64,000 nt of DNA from Marsupella aquatica (lineage: Eukaryota; Plantae; Marchantiophyta): NCBI GenBank assembly GCA_973895155.1, contig OZ316895.1:18299880-18363879 (forward strand), written 5' to 3'. The stretch's first letter is position 1. Each line of letters begins with the position of its first letter. This document shows positions 21,343-35,500 of the stretch, piece after piece. A program made the translations under genes and the position numbers. The notes under the pieces were generated by a model. The model was not told the DNA's origin, did no database searches, and saw only the letters and a program-made list of their open reading frames with translations.

Positions 21343-24179
21343 CATCCAAACACCGGCACCAACATGACACAATTATATCACAGGATGACAACCTTCCATG
21401 CATTGGTGTTGCACTACTTCTTGGAGAGACAAAAAAGGGCCTCATTTGCCTTCGGCACCGATGGTATGCATCCATGGAGACACTTTTAGCAAATCACTCC
21501 AAAGTTGTATGACTTGGGAGTGATTTCCCCAAAGGTGCATCATGCCTTAAGTAAACGCAAAAACATGTGTCCAAAGTGTTCATGGCACAACTAGTGGTTG
21601 GACAATGATGAGTATAGTGTCCCGCACGCAGTGGAGGGGTTCTCACCTCTATGTGGGGCCCCATGGCACTCTAGGGCCCACCTCCATCCCCTAGCCCCAA
21701 ACTGGTCATTTGTGCTTCTGCTTAATGACTGCACAAGGGACCCCTCAAATGACCACAAATCCAGTCATTTGACTTATGTGACAGCCCATATGACAGATTT
21801 AATGACCCTACTTGTAGTCATTCGTATTTATGACACCAATTTTTTCAGAAATGACTCAATGAAGATTACACTACCTCCTTGAATGCCCTGTCACTGTTCA
21901 TTTTCAAAATAGAATATTCCCCATCCAAGCACCAGCACAAACATGACACAATTACATGGGAGGACGACAGCCTTGCACTACTTCTTGTAGAGACCAAAAA
22001 ATGGCTTCATTTCCTTTTAGATAGGATGGTATGCATCAATGGTGACACTTTTGGCAAATCACTCCAAAGTCGTATGACTTGGGAGTGATTTTCCCAAGAT
22101 TATATCATCCCTTAAGTAAACACAAAAACATGGCTCCAAATTGCTAATGGTGCAACTAGTGGTTGGAGAATAGTAAATATAGTATTTGACACCTAGTGGA
22201 GGGGTTGCGAGCTCTATGTGGGGCCACATGGCACTCTAGGGCCCACCTCCAGCCCTTAGCTCAAAATTGGTCATTCATGCTTGTCTTCAATGACTGCACT
22301 AGAGACCCCTCAAATGACAACAAGTCCAGTCATTTGAATTAAATGACATCCCATATGACCATTTCAATGACCCTACTTGAGGTCATTGGCACTTATGACA
22401 TGACTTTGTTAAAAAATGACCCAATGAAGGTCCTAGTACCGCCAAAGAGAGCCCGCTGTACATTCCTTGCAAAAATGGAATATTCGTATACCTTTAAACA
22501 TCAGACACATCATAGAGGGAAGCACCGCCCATTCCATTGGTGTTGCGCTACCTCTTGGAGAGACAAAAAAGGGCTTCATTTGCATTTGGAACGATGGTAT
22601 GCATCCATGGTGACACTTTTGGCAAATCACTCCAAAGCCGTATGACTTGGGAGTGATTTCCCCAAAGGTGCATCGTGCCTTAAGTAAGTAAACGCAAAAA
22701 CATGTGTCCAAAGTGTTTATGTCGCAACTAGTGGTTGGACAATGATGAGTATAGTGTCCCGCATGCAGTGGAGGGATTCTCACCTCTATGTGGGGCCACA
22801 TGGCACTCTAGGGCCCACCTCCAGCCCCCAGCCCCTAGCCCCAAACTGGTCATTTGTGCTTTTGCTTAATGACTACACAAGGGACCCCTCAAATGACCAC
22901 AACTGCAGTCATTAGACTTATAATATGACTACCCATATGATAGTTTTAATGACCCTACTTGTAGTCATTGGCATTTATGACGGTCCATTGCTCACATATG
23001 ACCCAATAAAGGCCCTAGTACCTCCAAAGAGAGCTTGCTTTAGATTCCTTGCAAGGTTGGAATATTCCTCTTCCCTAAACCCGCACCCACACCATACAGA
23101 GAAGCATGACTCCCCTGTTCATTCCATTGGTGCAGCACTACCTCTTGGAGAACCCAAAAACAACTTTTATTTGCCTTTGGATGTGATGGTATGCATCCAT
23201 GGTGACACTTTTGACAAATCACTCCAAAGTCGTACGACTTGGGAGTGATCTCCCCAAAGGTGCATCATGCCTTAAGTAAATGCAAAGACATGTGTTCAAA
23301 TTGCTAATGCCGCAACTAGTGGTTGGACAATGATGAGTATAGTGTCCCGCACCAAGTGGAGGGGCTCTCACCTCTATGTAGGGCCCATGACACACTCGGG
23401 CCCACCTTAAGCTCGTAGACCAAAAATGGTCATTTATGCTGGTCCATAATGACACCATGAGGGGGATGTCTTGAATGACAACTTATATAGTCATTTGGTC
23501 AAAATGACCTCTAATATGACCACTGACATTACCCTTATTGTAGTCATTGGCATTCTTCAATGACTCTACAATTATGACCGGTGTCTGGAATGACTATTGA
23601 GTATTTTAATCTTGATATCTCTTGGGTTCTTCAATGACTATAAGTAGTCATTCATGCAATAAGTCCATAATGACTGTATGTTATTGTAAACATTGATATA
23701 TCATGATTTTTAGATTGACCCTATATTTAGTCATTTATGCGACAAGTCCATAATGACAGTATGTTGTTGTAAACACTGATATATCCTAATTTCAAGATTG
23801 ACCTAGAGTTAGTCATTTATGAGAGAAGTCCATAATGACGGTATATTTTTGTAAACACTGATATATTCTTATTTTCAGATTGACCCTAGATTTTGTCATA
23901 TAACACCGTTGGTTAAAATGACGGAAATACATTTTTGTCATTTATCACTGTTGTCCAAAATGACCCAAATAGATTTTTTGGTCATTTCATTCATTGTCCA
24001 AAGTGACTATAATGGTGCTAAACACTGATTTATCATTGTTGTTATTTATTGGGTCATTTAGGACATGTGTCTAAATTGACCATTTTAGGAAAATTGTGTC
24101 ATTTTGGTCGCATCAGTCATTATAGACATTATACAAAATGACGCAAAAATTATCATTTTGTCATTTCAGTCTATTGGTC
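21343..24179. repeat. ~570-bp tandem repeat (about 4 units) grading into TGAC/GTCA-rich sequence; possibly CACTA subterminal DNA
   Basis: Marker gacacttt..gcaaatcactccaaagtcgtatgacttgggagtgat occurs at ~21478, 22044, 22612 and 23204. The same unit lies inverted at 61736-62730 next to a CACTA transposase fragment. Confidence 0.85.
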
Positions 24180-26434
24180 GGGTATAACGATCGTGGAAGT
24201 AAACAGTAAAAAGGAAACAGGAAACAACAAAAACTAAACAAGAAAAATGTTTGAGAACAAGACACACAAAGATTGCCAAGATAACATGTAAGATAGAATA
24301 TTCCTAAAATCACTACTATCCATATGTACATACTGGACTTGCCCCTTATGTTTCTGAGACAGGATTTTGGTGCAAAGTTTATACTTTTGGTGAAGATTAA
24401 GAAGTCAACTACCTGAAATCCCTCGAGAACATACAAAGTATCCCATCTGCTGTCTTCCAAAAATTTAGGGTTTAGGGTGTGTCCGAAACAAAAACATAAA
24501 ACCAATGAGGATGACAACGCATACTCCGGCTTCCACATAGATATTAAAGTACAACTGACTGTGCTCGCAAAACACCAAATTTATTCATAAAAGACAGTCA
24601 TTCATTACTGAAAAGCTTAACATATTTCCGACCAGCTTGTCCGAGGGTAATACAATGGAAAATTCTAATTGTAAGACTCAGTCGAGAGGTAATCGACAAA
24701 AACAACCTTTGATGGCTAAACACTCAAAAAACAAATTGAGAGTCCGAGGGATCATCCATGCTTCTACATTGTTGGGATGAACGATAGCCCACACAAGCGC
24801 CGGGCACTACTCAAAAGCATATCATTCCTATCTAAAGATCCAAAATCTTCCCCTCTCAAGATCCAGGATTGCTGAACATATTGCCGACCGGCTTGTCCGA
24901 GGGTAATACAATGGAAAATCCTCACTGACGAATATGAACTCCATGTCACTAAGGCTAGAAACTCAATCCAAACTTAGAGTCCAAGGGATTGTCTCTGCGA
25001 TATGACTGCCCATGTTAGCGTCGGGCACTACTCAAAACTATGGCGTCCTTCTCAAGATCCAGGATTGCTAGGTTTGCTAGGAGTACTGGCTTGCTAGGAG
25101 TACTGGCAGAGTCACCTCAGTGACTGCGTTGCTGGTCTAGGAGTGATAGTTATTGGAAGAGGGTGAATGGGCTACCTCGTTTATTGGCTCTAGGGCTCTA
25201 CAAGTTGACATGATGTGTGGGTCACTCACATTTTGGGCCACTAGGTTTAGTCTCCCCTTTTTTTATTGTGATTCTGGCCTTTGCTTTTGCCAGTTGGCCT
25301 CCTTGTGGGAGTTGTGCTGCTATATCTATGGGGCTGTTTGCTTCCCCCCGGCCGTGGGGTTTTCGCGGTCTCACCTTTTTATTATAAAAAATATTTTCCC
25401 AAGAAGATCCAGGATTGCACAAAGATCCACATTCATTGTCCACCCCTGCTTTCGCCGGGGCTTTCGCTCTATAGCGATCTTGCTGAAAACCAAATGTGCA
25501 AAATCGGGAACATCGTTGACTCGGAAGTCTTCGAGCTGGAACTGAGGAAGAAGGACCTGGACAATTTGTGTCGTGGAAATCAACACGCCCAAGGAACTCC
25601 GCAGTGCGCACTTCAACTTCCCAATCAATATTCTCCGATGGATCTTGGGGAGTGGGATAGTGAATCGAGAAACAATCCTAAAATGGTCTAGGGGGAGAAT
25701 TGGGTAGCCATGGAATGTTTCAATCCCCAAGACTCATCAATTCATCACGAGGCAAGAAAAGACAATTTTGAATGTCCAATGTCTCCGTCACGACACTCTC
25801 ATTGTCCACAATGGATGTGGATGAAAGATCAGTTTCCGATTGCGCCACCAACAATGGCACATGGCGCGGTGGCCTTGCGCCCCTACCATTACCAACGTTT
25901 GGGACTCGATGCTCCATCACTCTGGAATCAGGATGGAATGACTCACTTTCTTCAAATGATGCGAAACGAGGAACGAGAAAGGAAAAAAGTGTTGTAAACC
26001 CAAAACAAAACTCTCTCTATGAACAATGTCTGAAAAGTTTTGGGGATACAGAAGTGGATCTCATTCCTTTAATAGGCGTAGTGACCGGTGGGAAGGGCCC
26101 AATGCCAATGACAAGGAAACAAATCCGATAGAATTGACAAGAATTCCAACGGTAACAATCCCTAACAACGGATCCAAACACTAGCATAAGAGACAATTTG
26201 GCTAGCGCCAGGCGCTATCAAAGTGAAACAGTAATTATCATCACTGATGGACGAGAACATAAAAGACTAGGAAACAAACCTGGCGTTAACTATGTCTTTC
26301 GAAAAGGCCGACAATTCAAATATATAAAAATTGAGGTTAAGGGTTTCCCATTTTTACCACCTAATGACGGGAGAAAATAGTCATTTAACGACAGTACTAG
26401 AAGCCGACCAACGACCACTGGACAATATCCGTTG

Positions 26435-27057
26435 GGGGTAGCGAGGATCATCAGTTATCAGTGGCTGATAACTGATATCAGTCACTGATATCAGTTATCA
26501 GTTTGGTCGCCTTGAAATTTCTGAATCTCAGCTGAGCAGTTGAGATAGGGCCTTCGCACTTTTGCGCATCTCAGCTGGGGCAGCTGAGATTGACTCAATC
26601 TCAGCTGACCTCGCCGAGATTGGCGTAAGGACAAAAAAAACGAAGAAAAAAAATTAATTAATTTTTTTCAAAAATTCTATAAAAAAATTAAAAAATTAAA
26701 AAATTCAATGTCCGTACCGTACGGACATCGGACTATCTCGGTGGGTCTCGCCGAGATGCGGTGTCCGTACGGTACGAACACCCATAGTGAAAAAAATATT
26801 TGTGGGGAATTTTTATTTTTTAAGAATTTTTGGAAAAAAAGTTCAAATTTTTTTTCCATTGTTTTTGGCCTTACGCCGATCTTGGCAAGGTCAGCTGAGA
26901 TTGAGTCAATCTCAGCTGCCCTAGCTGAGATGCGCAAAAGTTTTTTTTTCGCATTTTTTTTCGGCGCCCCAACTTGGCGGCCTCTCTAAGATGACGTGGC
27001 GACTAATATCAGGTCGACTGATGGAAAACACTGATTACTGATGATGTAGCTTTACTC
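26435..27057. mobile_element. 623-bp foldback MITE, Mutator type
   Basis: 9-bp TSD tatccgttg / tatccgctg (26426-26434 and 27058-27066). Terminal IR core atcatcagt(t/a)atcagtg, plus long internal inverted arms at ~26559-26700 and ~26800-26941. Confidence 0.8.
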
Positions 27058-27363
27058 TATCCGCTGCCTATCAATAGACTCCAATGGTAACAATATCCGC
27101 GATACACACCTTTTTGGCTAACGCCCAACGCTACTCAGAAAAATTGGCTAACGCCTGGCGCTATCCAATATAGGTCCCAAGAAATCCCTCCCAGTCTAGG
27201 TCAAAATAATCCAATGATTTTCTCTATAGAGATTCAAGATTCAATAGAACTTGAACCTCACCAATGACACAAATAAACCGAGAACATAGTATTTATTATA
27301 TGTGGATTCTTGAAATTGGTTTACAATGAATTGTATAACAAATGTGCATGCTGGAAACTATTT

Positions 27364-29015
27364 CTAATCGGAGGACTCTGCCTCACTGCTCTCGGACCTA
27401 TCGATAGATTCCGCCTCATCGTCCACAAACTCACTTCTACAAATATCATCCACAAACCTCTTCACTAAAAACTTCCTATCACAACCTCTCCTTAGACGAA
27501 GGCCCTTCGTTTCCCAAGACAGTTTTCGGCACCTCTCAACGTTTCTGGCCGCCTTCTCTGCGTATGATGGAAGAATAAATGGTTTTTCTGGTGTCATCTC
27601 CATTGCTTCAGCAATCGTTTTCCGAAGGTCAAACCGCATATTCCACTCCGACCTGAAAGTTTTCATAGATATTAAAAATATATACATGTAAAAATATCTT
27701 ATTGAAAATAGTCATGGATTTGGAGCGGGCTTACGAGCATTACTAAGAAGACTCCTCATCCTCGGATTCAGATTTTGATCCCAAAGGATTTCTCTTCTCT
27801 TCCTTGTCATCTCCAAGATCGACGACGGGAACATCTTCCTCATCACGTTCTCCAGCAACATCCGGATTGCTGTCTTCAGAATCAAAGTTTAAAATTGATC
27901 TAACTCTGTCCAACTTCTCTTTTCCCTTCCTTGAGACTGTCTTGTCCGGAGTCAAAATTGACTTTGGCTCCAAAATGTCATCTAGCATAAATCTTGCAGC
28001 AGTCACAAACTCTCTCCGCCCTTTGACACCAATAACAAATCTACCACAATAGTCTCCCGCCACAAATGAACTTCCCAAACAAGCGGTCCAGTAAATGAAA
28101 ATATCCCCACGATAGGAGATGAGCTCTATGACAGATTGCATAAAGCCAACTATAAGCCTTCCGTTTCCACAGGCCACAAGGTCTGGCATTGGATCAGTCT
28201 TTAAAGATGGAAGTCCTATAAGATTTGTAATAGAGGGATCTTTGGAGGGTGACAATGGACGAAACTTGGGATCCTTGGGGATTGAAGTTTTTGCTTGAAA
28301 CACGGCCGAATATATCCAACCTCAGCGTGAAGATCTGCAAAACAAAATAATAGTGAGGTCGTGGTAAAGAATTTAAACTAGCATAGTCATACATAATATT
28401 AGCGCTTGGCGCTGGCCAAAAAGTAATGCAGATAATTCTTACCTGAGTATCAGACTTAGGTTTGTACATAGGAAACCCCATGACGACTGTATGCGAGGCA
28501 ATACAAGAAAACTTCTGAGACTATTGGCATGTAGATATTACTTCCGAAATCTGATCGTACTCTCCAGTGTGAAGAATAGCCAGAAGTCCATCGTCAGAAA
28601 GGAAAGGGTCCATTGCGCTATAAAAAGCCAATGGAAGAGAGTGGTCTTGCAAATTCCATTTTGGTACTTTTTTGTCTAAAAGAGATGGTCTCAACCCAGT
28701 TGGCAAATAGAGAAAGCCGGCATTGACACCAAATGCCCTAACTTTACCCCCTCTGATTACCCCCTTCGCACGGGATCCTGACTTAACGAGATTTTTACCC
28801 CAGCTCTCAACCCGACCAACCCATGATGGCTTCTCTTCCCGCTTGAACACACTCTCGTAGAAGTCTGCCAAGGTGGACTCCACAAATGTATGTCTTGATT
28901 TGTTCCCCTTGAAGTCTCCCACATTCCGTTGTAAACCAATTGCTGCAAGCGTTTCCCGCTCAGAACCCGTGGACGTAGAAACATGACGTTTCTTCTTCCT
29001 CCTTATGCTGGTTGC
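27364..29015 (-). pseudogene. 3' part of cargo gene M, copy C (methyltransferase-like part and last exon)
   Basis: ORFs 28521..29222 (VNAGFLYLPTG, FLSDDGLLAILH), 27743..28303 (RLIVGFMQSVIELISYRGDIFIYWTACLGSSFVAGDYCGRFVIG) and 27364..27687. Confidence 0.83.
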
Positions 29016-32000
29016 AAGCATGTATTGCAAGCTATTCCTATCTATCATATGATGTTCCTCAGAAGCTCCAACTCTTTGGCTAAGACTTTGGTGGCTCTCT
29101 ACCGTGACTTCCTTTGGGGATATAATGAGAATGGTGGACGGAAAATTCCCCTGGTAGCGTGGAAGACGATGGCACGGCCTAAGGTGGATGGTGGCCTTGG
29201 GTTTAAGGACATTTGCAGTCACTCTGACGCTTTACCAGTCAATGGTTCACCCGTGCTCTGGATTCGCAAGTCTCTGAATGGGCTAGGCTTTTTGGGGAAA
29301 ATTTGAGATTGGCAAAATGGAGGAATGCTAAGCGCATCAGGAGAAATAGATACTCTCTCTTTGATCGACTATTGCTCTGTTACCCTCGTTCTTTTGGCTG
29401 TCTCTTTTACACGAGTAGTTTGTGGAAGGCTTGGGAGTCTCTTTGGCTGCACCTTATACTCTCACCGGGCGTTTTTGGCGTGGCATGCTGGTGGAGCGTG
29501 GAGGATGTTGTGAGATGCCTGGAAGGTTTTCAGCACCTACAGGATGACATGATTTGCTCCATTATCAAGATGTGCGGGAGGATTGGAGTAAGGACGATGT
29601 CGAATTTAAATGGTTCTCATGACTCAGTTGTTCGAACCTTCACTAGAAGAAAACGTCCCCTTTGAGACCCTATGCTTTGTGACTTTAGGGAGACTTTCAA
29701 AAATACATGACTCCAAGTTTAGGGGAGTCATTGTTGTTACATTTTATCAACTGATTTTTGGGGGATATTTGTGAAAGTCATTCCTACAACTTCTGATAAA
29801 GTAGCAATTGTAACACTAGTAGGGCAGTCATATGTAAGTTGAATAAGCTACTCTCCATTCCGGCATTCTGAAATAGAGTGCAAGAAGGATTACATGCACT
29901 CTAGACATCACAGAATGTTCCATTTACAACCCTTGACTTGCAACCTGCGGAGTCGGGAGCACTAGGTGCACATAGAAGGAATGGGGGTTTAGGGTTGCAG
30001 AACTAGTTAAATGTCTTCATGTCAAGAGCATTGTAGTTATCCTAGCCTAATTAAACGTGCATGGGAGTACTTGCCTCTATAATAGTAAGTCTTATGCTGC
30101 TCAATGGATTCCTTAGAGTTAATGGGCAACTTTGACAAGAATATTGGGGTGATATCATTTTCAATTCAGGGCTAAAGTAGTGTCTGGCCCCCATTCTTTG
30201 TCCACCCTCCCTAAGTGGCATGTGTAAGGGTTAATTTACAGTTGCGTTCTAAGAGGTTACATTTGCGTTCATTTAATCTTTGCTCACAAAGTGTCGTGTC
30301 CAATTTGCTTTAGGGTACTAACATGTGTATCAACGGCTCATGTCAACGCAAAGTGGTCAAGGCTCATTGGGTTTGGTTCACTAAGTGTTAAGGTATGCTT
30401 TGTGCGTGAGTGTGCCTTTGGACACGAGTTTAGGGTGCGCGGGTTTTGTTTAGGGTTTAAACACGCCAGCAGAGTGCAAAGTTCAGTTCAATGTGCGTGG
30501 GAACTCGGAGGTTTTTGTTTCAGAAAAACTCACTTGTCCATTACGGGAACATTCGTCGTGCCTGAAGGTCGTCACATTGTGCGCGGTCTCACGAAGTGGG
30601 GAGTGTGCTTCACGATCGGGGCGGTTCCTTCGCGTAGGGGAGTTTTGCGCTTGGAGCTTGAAGGTTTACCTTCAAAGCTCTAGAGCATTCAAGCCGAGAG
30701 GGCGACCGGCTTGCGGAGTGGAGAGGTGAGCTGCAGTGGACGACGAGCTCTAGGACTGGGAGGAGCTGTGGGCGGGCAGGAGCTGAAATTTGGGAGCTGC
30801 TCTGGCCGCCGGTCTGGCCGAGGAGCTATGAGCGGAGAGCAGCTGGAGTGGAGCTCGAGCGGAGTGGAGCTGGAGTGGAGTGCTTCTATCACACACTGCT
30901 AAGGATTGCTACGTAGCTTCAGTTTGGGCGGCGGTGTGAGCAGAGGTGTTGAGAGCGGCTCAGGTGCCAAAGGAGGTGGTGCGAGCGGAGGTTTACCCTA
31001 AATCAAATCCAAGGAGAAACCTTGGATTTGATATGATTTAGGTAGTATATCCGCAAGAACATTTCTGGAAAGGATTACGATACTAGGATGATTACTAAAA
31101 TGCCGTCAACATGTCTCAACTTTTCCTTCCAAGGTACTGAGTGGAGACTAGTAATCAATCACTTTTGTATCCAATCGGTACTTTGTGTCACGAATAAGAG
31201 ACACCATCATAATCAAATTTGAAGCCATAAATAATTGATGAGTAACAATCTTTGCATCCCGTGCACAAGCAATGTCACGTCAAAAACTATGCATCAAGAA
31301 CTAAGGAATATGTAGAACATCACCAACAAGGAATCTATTTCCACATACTCAAAAGATTTAACAATCACAATAATTTTACTTCAAGGGTCCAAACTTCTCA
31401 TTCATTTAGACTTGAAGGGGGAAGAATTCCTTTGTATTAAGTACTCATATGCAATGGAGTGCTTATTACAAATGGAGGTAACAAAGTTGCAATCTTGCAA
31501 CTGAGCGCTCATGAAATTTCTTCACACAAAAAGTGGCAAAAACTCTACTACATATAGGGTGGCAGAAACTAAAGGGGAAAAGAGAGAATGAAAGGACATG
31601 CCTTTTCATATCTTAAGGGTCATAGATTAAAGTAAAAAGTATGAAAATATGCTATAGGAGTACTCAAGGTTCACTAGAATGTTGCTGGAATGAAAAACTA
31701 ACCAAAAGTTATCCCTAGTGTAAATTGGAGTAAAAGTGTTTTTTGTACTTTTGTGGTAAAACTAACAAATATCAACTTTGTCTTAATTTTAATTTCTAAC
31801 ATAAAGGTCAGAATAGGGTAAACCTTTCCTAGGTGGAAGATTTATATACATGCTACATGCTGACAAAATGTTAGACTTTTCTGAGGTGTCTAAGTGCCTT
31901 AATAAAATCGGTAAAAAGTGCTGTCAGATAAAAAAAATACATTTTTCTGGAAATTTTTCCAAGTGTCGGAAGCGCCGTTGCGCCTTTGCGCTTTGGCATA

Positions 32001-32553
32001 GTCGCGCCGTTGCGCCTTTGCGCACTCACGCTTATGTAAAACTAAAAATGCCATATCTCCTAAACGACATGTCGGTTTTGGCTGATATTTTCAGGGTATG
32101 GTCTACTATGTAAGGGCTATCTCCTGAAAAAGTATGAGACTTTTCTAACTATGATAACTATTTAACTAAAATTGCAGAGATCGACTGATCTTAACTATTG
32201 TCGTAGGAGAACTAATCTTGTTGGAGTAGTGCTGTCTGGTCTGGTTGCTGAACTCTTGTGTAGGTATTCTCTTGCATAGCTTCTTGAATTTCATCCATGT
32301 CTTGAACGTGATGCCGATAGAAAGGTAAAGACTTCCGCTGTCATTCAAGATCAGAACAGGAAGTAGTCTTCGGTGTAGCATGGTATTAGGTAAAGTGTCC
32401 AGTCGATCTAAATGGTTACAAAAGGTAGCTATACTGCACCTTTGACTTAGAAAAAGTTCAAAATTTATAATTTTTCTATCATTTCTGACTAATGTACTAT
32501 ATTACACTGGTCACCACCCTCCCCAGACCCAGCCCAGGGCACAGGCACTGCCT

Positions 32554-35500
32554 TTGCATCATCCCACAAGGATATCATGCCATGATAATAAGCTTTGGCA
32601 GCGTGAAAGGTTACGAACCAGACTTTCAGGAGCCAGTAGGATGAGATGTCCTTGTGCAATCTGCCAAGGATCCCGTACCAGGGGTCTGAATGAGGTTTGG
32701 CGGCATATCGCGGTTCATGGAAGAGATCCACGACATCGAGTTTGGAATGATCTTGCAGAGGAAGATTCTTCCGATGTGGAGTGGAGGTTAGAATTTGATG
32801 CTGCCAATGCTGCAAGACGGGCAAGTGAGGTTCTGCCTGGTGCATTTGAAAATGTTGTAGCTGGTCTCTGTGGGTTGTCAGCTCTCCAACGGGATGGTGC
32901 TCAGGCAGCACCACGTGACGAAGGAATTCATGTGGAAGAGATGGTGAGAGACATCTTCCAAGACTTGGATGCATTTCATGATGGGCTGGACAACGAAGAG
33001 GATACGGCTGCAGATGCAAGTGTGCCCCCTGTCGAAGAGCCTCTTGATGAGTTTGAGATAGGGCAGGAAACCCCTGGGCATGATGGGATGTTTGGCTCTC
33101 CCCTACAAATACAGGAAGGCAGGAAGTCTTTGTACCCCAGTAGCAAATGTTCTAAACTGGGATTTGTCATCATGTTCCTGAACATTTGCGGCAACCACAA
33201 TGTCCCCAACGTTTTGGTTTCTGAGTTGTTGGCATTCTTGCGAACAACTGTGCTACCAGATGGTAATATTTTGCCCAAGAACATGTACGAGGCAAAAAGA
33301 TGCATATCTAATCTTGGATTGAACTATGATTCGATCCATGCCTGTCCTGATGGCATGTTCTTTTCAGAAAGGAGTATAAAGAATCGTTGACATGCCCTAA
33401 GTGTGGGAAGCACAGGTATCGGAACTCAGGAAAGTCTATGGTTCCCGCCAAGGTACTTCGTCATTTTCCACTCATTCCCAAACTTCAGCGGATGTTCAGA
33501 AGCCATGCCATCTCGGAGATGATGACTTGGGCAACTGACAAGAAAAATGATGATGGGCTACAACGACATGCTGCAGATTCAAGGCAATGGAAACTCATAG
33601 ATGAGATGTATCCCGAATTTGCTGCTGAGCCGAGGAATGTCAGACTTGGGCTGTCATTGGATGGGGTAAACCCATTTGGAGACAAGAACAACAAATTTCC
33701 GTGCTGGCCTGTAACTATTTTGAATTATAACCTTCCTCCTTGGATGACTACAAAGCGATTTTTTGTTCTGATGGTCCTACTGATACCAGAGCCAGATAGT
33801 GCTGTATCTGCCAACATAGATGTGTTTCTGGCTCCCCTAGTGGAGGAATTGAGAAAGCTTTGGGAGGAAGGAGTTCTCACATATGATGTCCTACAGAGGC
33901 TTGGGAGGTTAAACCCATTCATCCTTAGAGCCATTGTCATTCTGACTATAGCTGACTACCCAGCCCATGGGATGATATCAGGCCAAACAACAAAAGGATA
34001 TTGTGCTTGTACTATCTGTGGGCGCAATGTCACCAGTGAGTACTGCAGAGCCCTGCAGAAAGTGATACACATGGGCCATCGTCGTTTTCTGAAGGCAGAT
34101 CACCCTTACAGAGAAAGACAGGCACTGATTGCACACTTTGGCAATGAGATTGAGCAACGTGGACTCCCGGCACGAGTGACCAAAGAGGAGATCAGGCAGT
34201 GGGGAGCACTAAGGGATGACTATATCAAACGAGGGGGCAGGGAAGATGGAGTGAGTGATCCAATAAAGCGATATGGTGTAAAAAGACTGAGCATATTGGA
34301 CTTGGAGCTCAAGTACTGGAGGGTAAGCCTCTTGGAGTTGATGCTAATTGGGATACATGTTTTGGTTCAGAGCATGTGCATTCATTTCAAAGAGAGAGAC
34401 TAAACTTGAGGCATTTCCTGACGCTTTTGCATTGCAACGATGCAGGAGTTTGAGCCAAGCAAACATAACATTGATGTTATGCACATTGAAAAGAATATTT
34501 GTGAGAGTCTACTCAGATTCTTGTGTGGAGAGAAAGACACTGGTTCAGTGAGATTGGATCTTGAACAGAGGGGAATGAAACCCCATCTTTGGTTGAGGCC
34601 ACATGCCCACAGAGCTGATGTGCTCTTGAAGTACCAAGCGCCTGTTGCAGAAGCCTGTTCGTACTGTGATCATGCGACTTAGTGATGTGTTTCGTCGTAT
34701 TTGTGTGAAGGTTTGGGATGAAACACACTTCCCACAACTGACAGAAGATGTCGCTCAGGTGCTGTGTGACCTGGAGATTTATTTTCCTCCCGCATTTTTT
34801 GATGTCATGACCCACCTACTTGTCCATGTTGTGGAAGAGCTACACCAATTTGGGCCTGTGAGTGCTCGTTGGTTGTACCCTTTGGAACGGTACATGAAGC
34901 TACTCAAAGGTCACGTGAGAACATATTACAAACCTTAAGCAAGCATGGCTAAAGGTTACATCAAGGATGAGACTCTGGGATTTCTGACCGAATACATAGC
35001 ACAATATGAGCATGTGAAGACCAGGGTGTGGAATTCTGATGAGGAGGAAGGGGTGATAGGTGAAGTACTGGAAGGGGCTGCAACCACAAAGAACCTGACC
35101 ATATCTATGAGAGACTTGGCACATGACTTTGTATTGCACAACACTGTGGTGATGGAACCCTGGATACAATGAGTGCATACATGTGCTATAATCCAGTTCA
35201 TGAGCTTAAATGTTGTGTTCGTGTGGTTTTCTCCTTCAGCCTGTTCATGTTTACCCAAGCTAATGCTGTGTGGTTGTTCGTTTAGGGAGTATGAGTCATT
35301 GAAGGCGGCCCATCCCATTGCAGGAACAACTTTTCCAGGTTTCATGGAGTGGATCAGAGTGGCAATTAGAGAGCATCACGAGACCCACCCAGACATGGAT
35401 GCAGATGTTTACCTACTGTCTAATGCCCCTAGCCTGAAAGTGAAGACTTACAAACGGATGAGAGCATATGGGAATCACTTTCGAGTGAAGGATGGTGACA

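Noticed and set aside
28521-29222. ORF as a genuine N-terminally extended M protein
   Set aside because: Its first ~70 codons are the antisense strand of the inserted L1; a chance read-through chimera.
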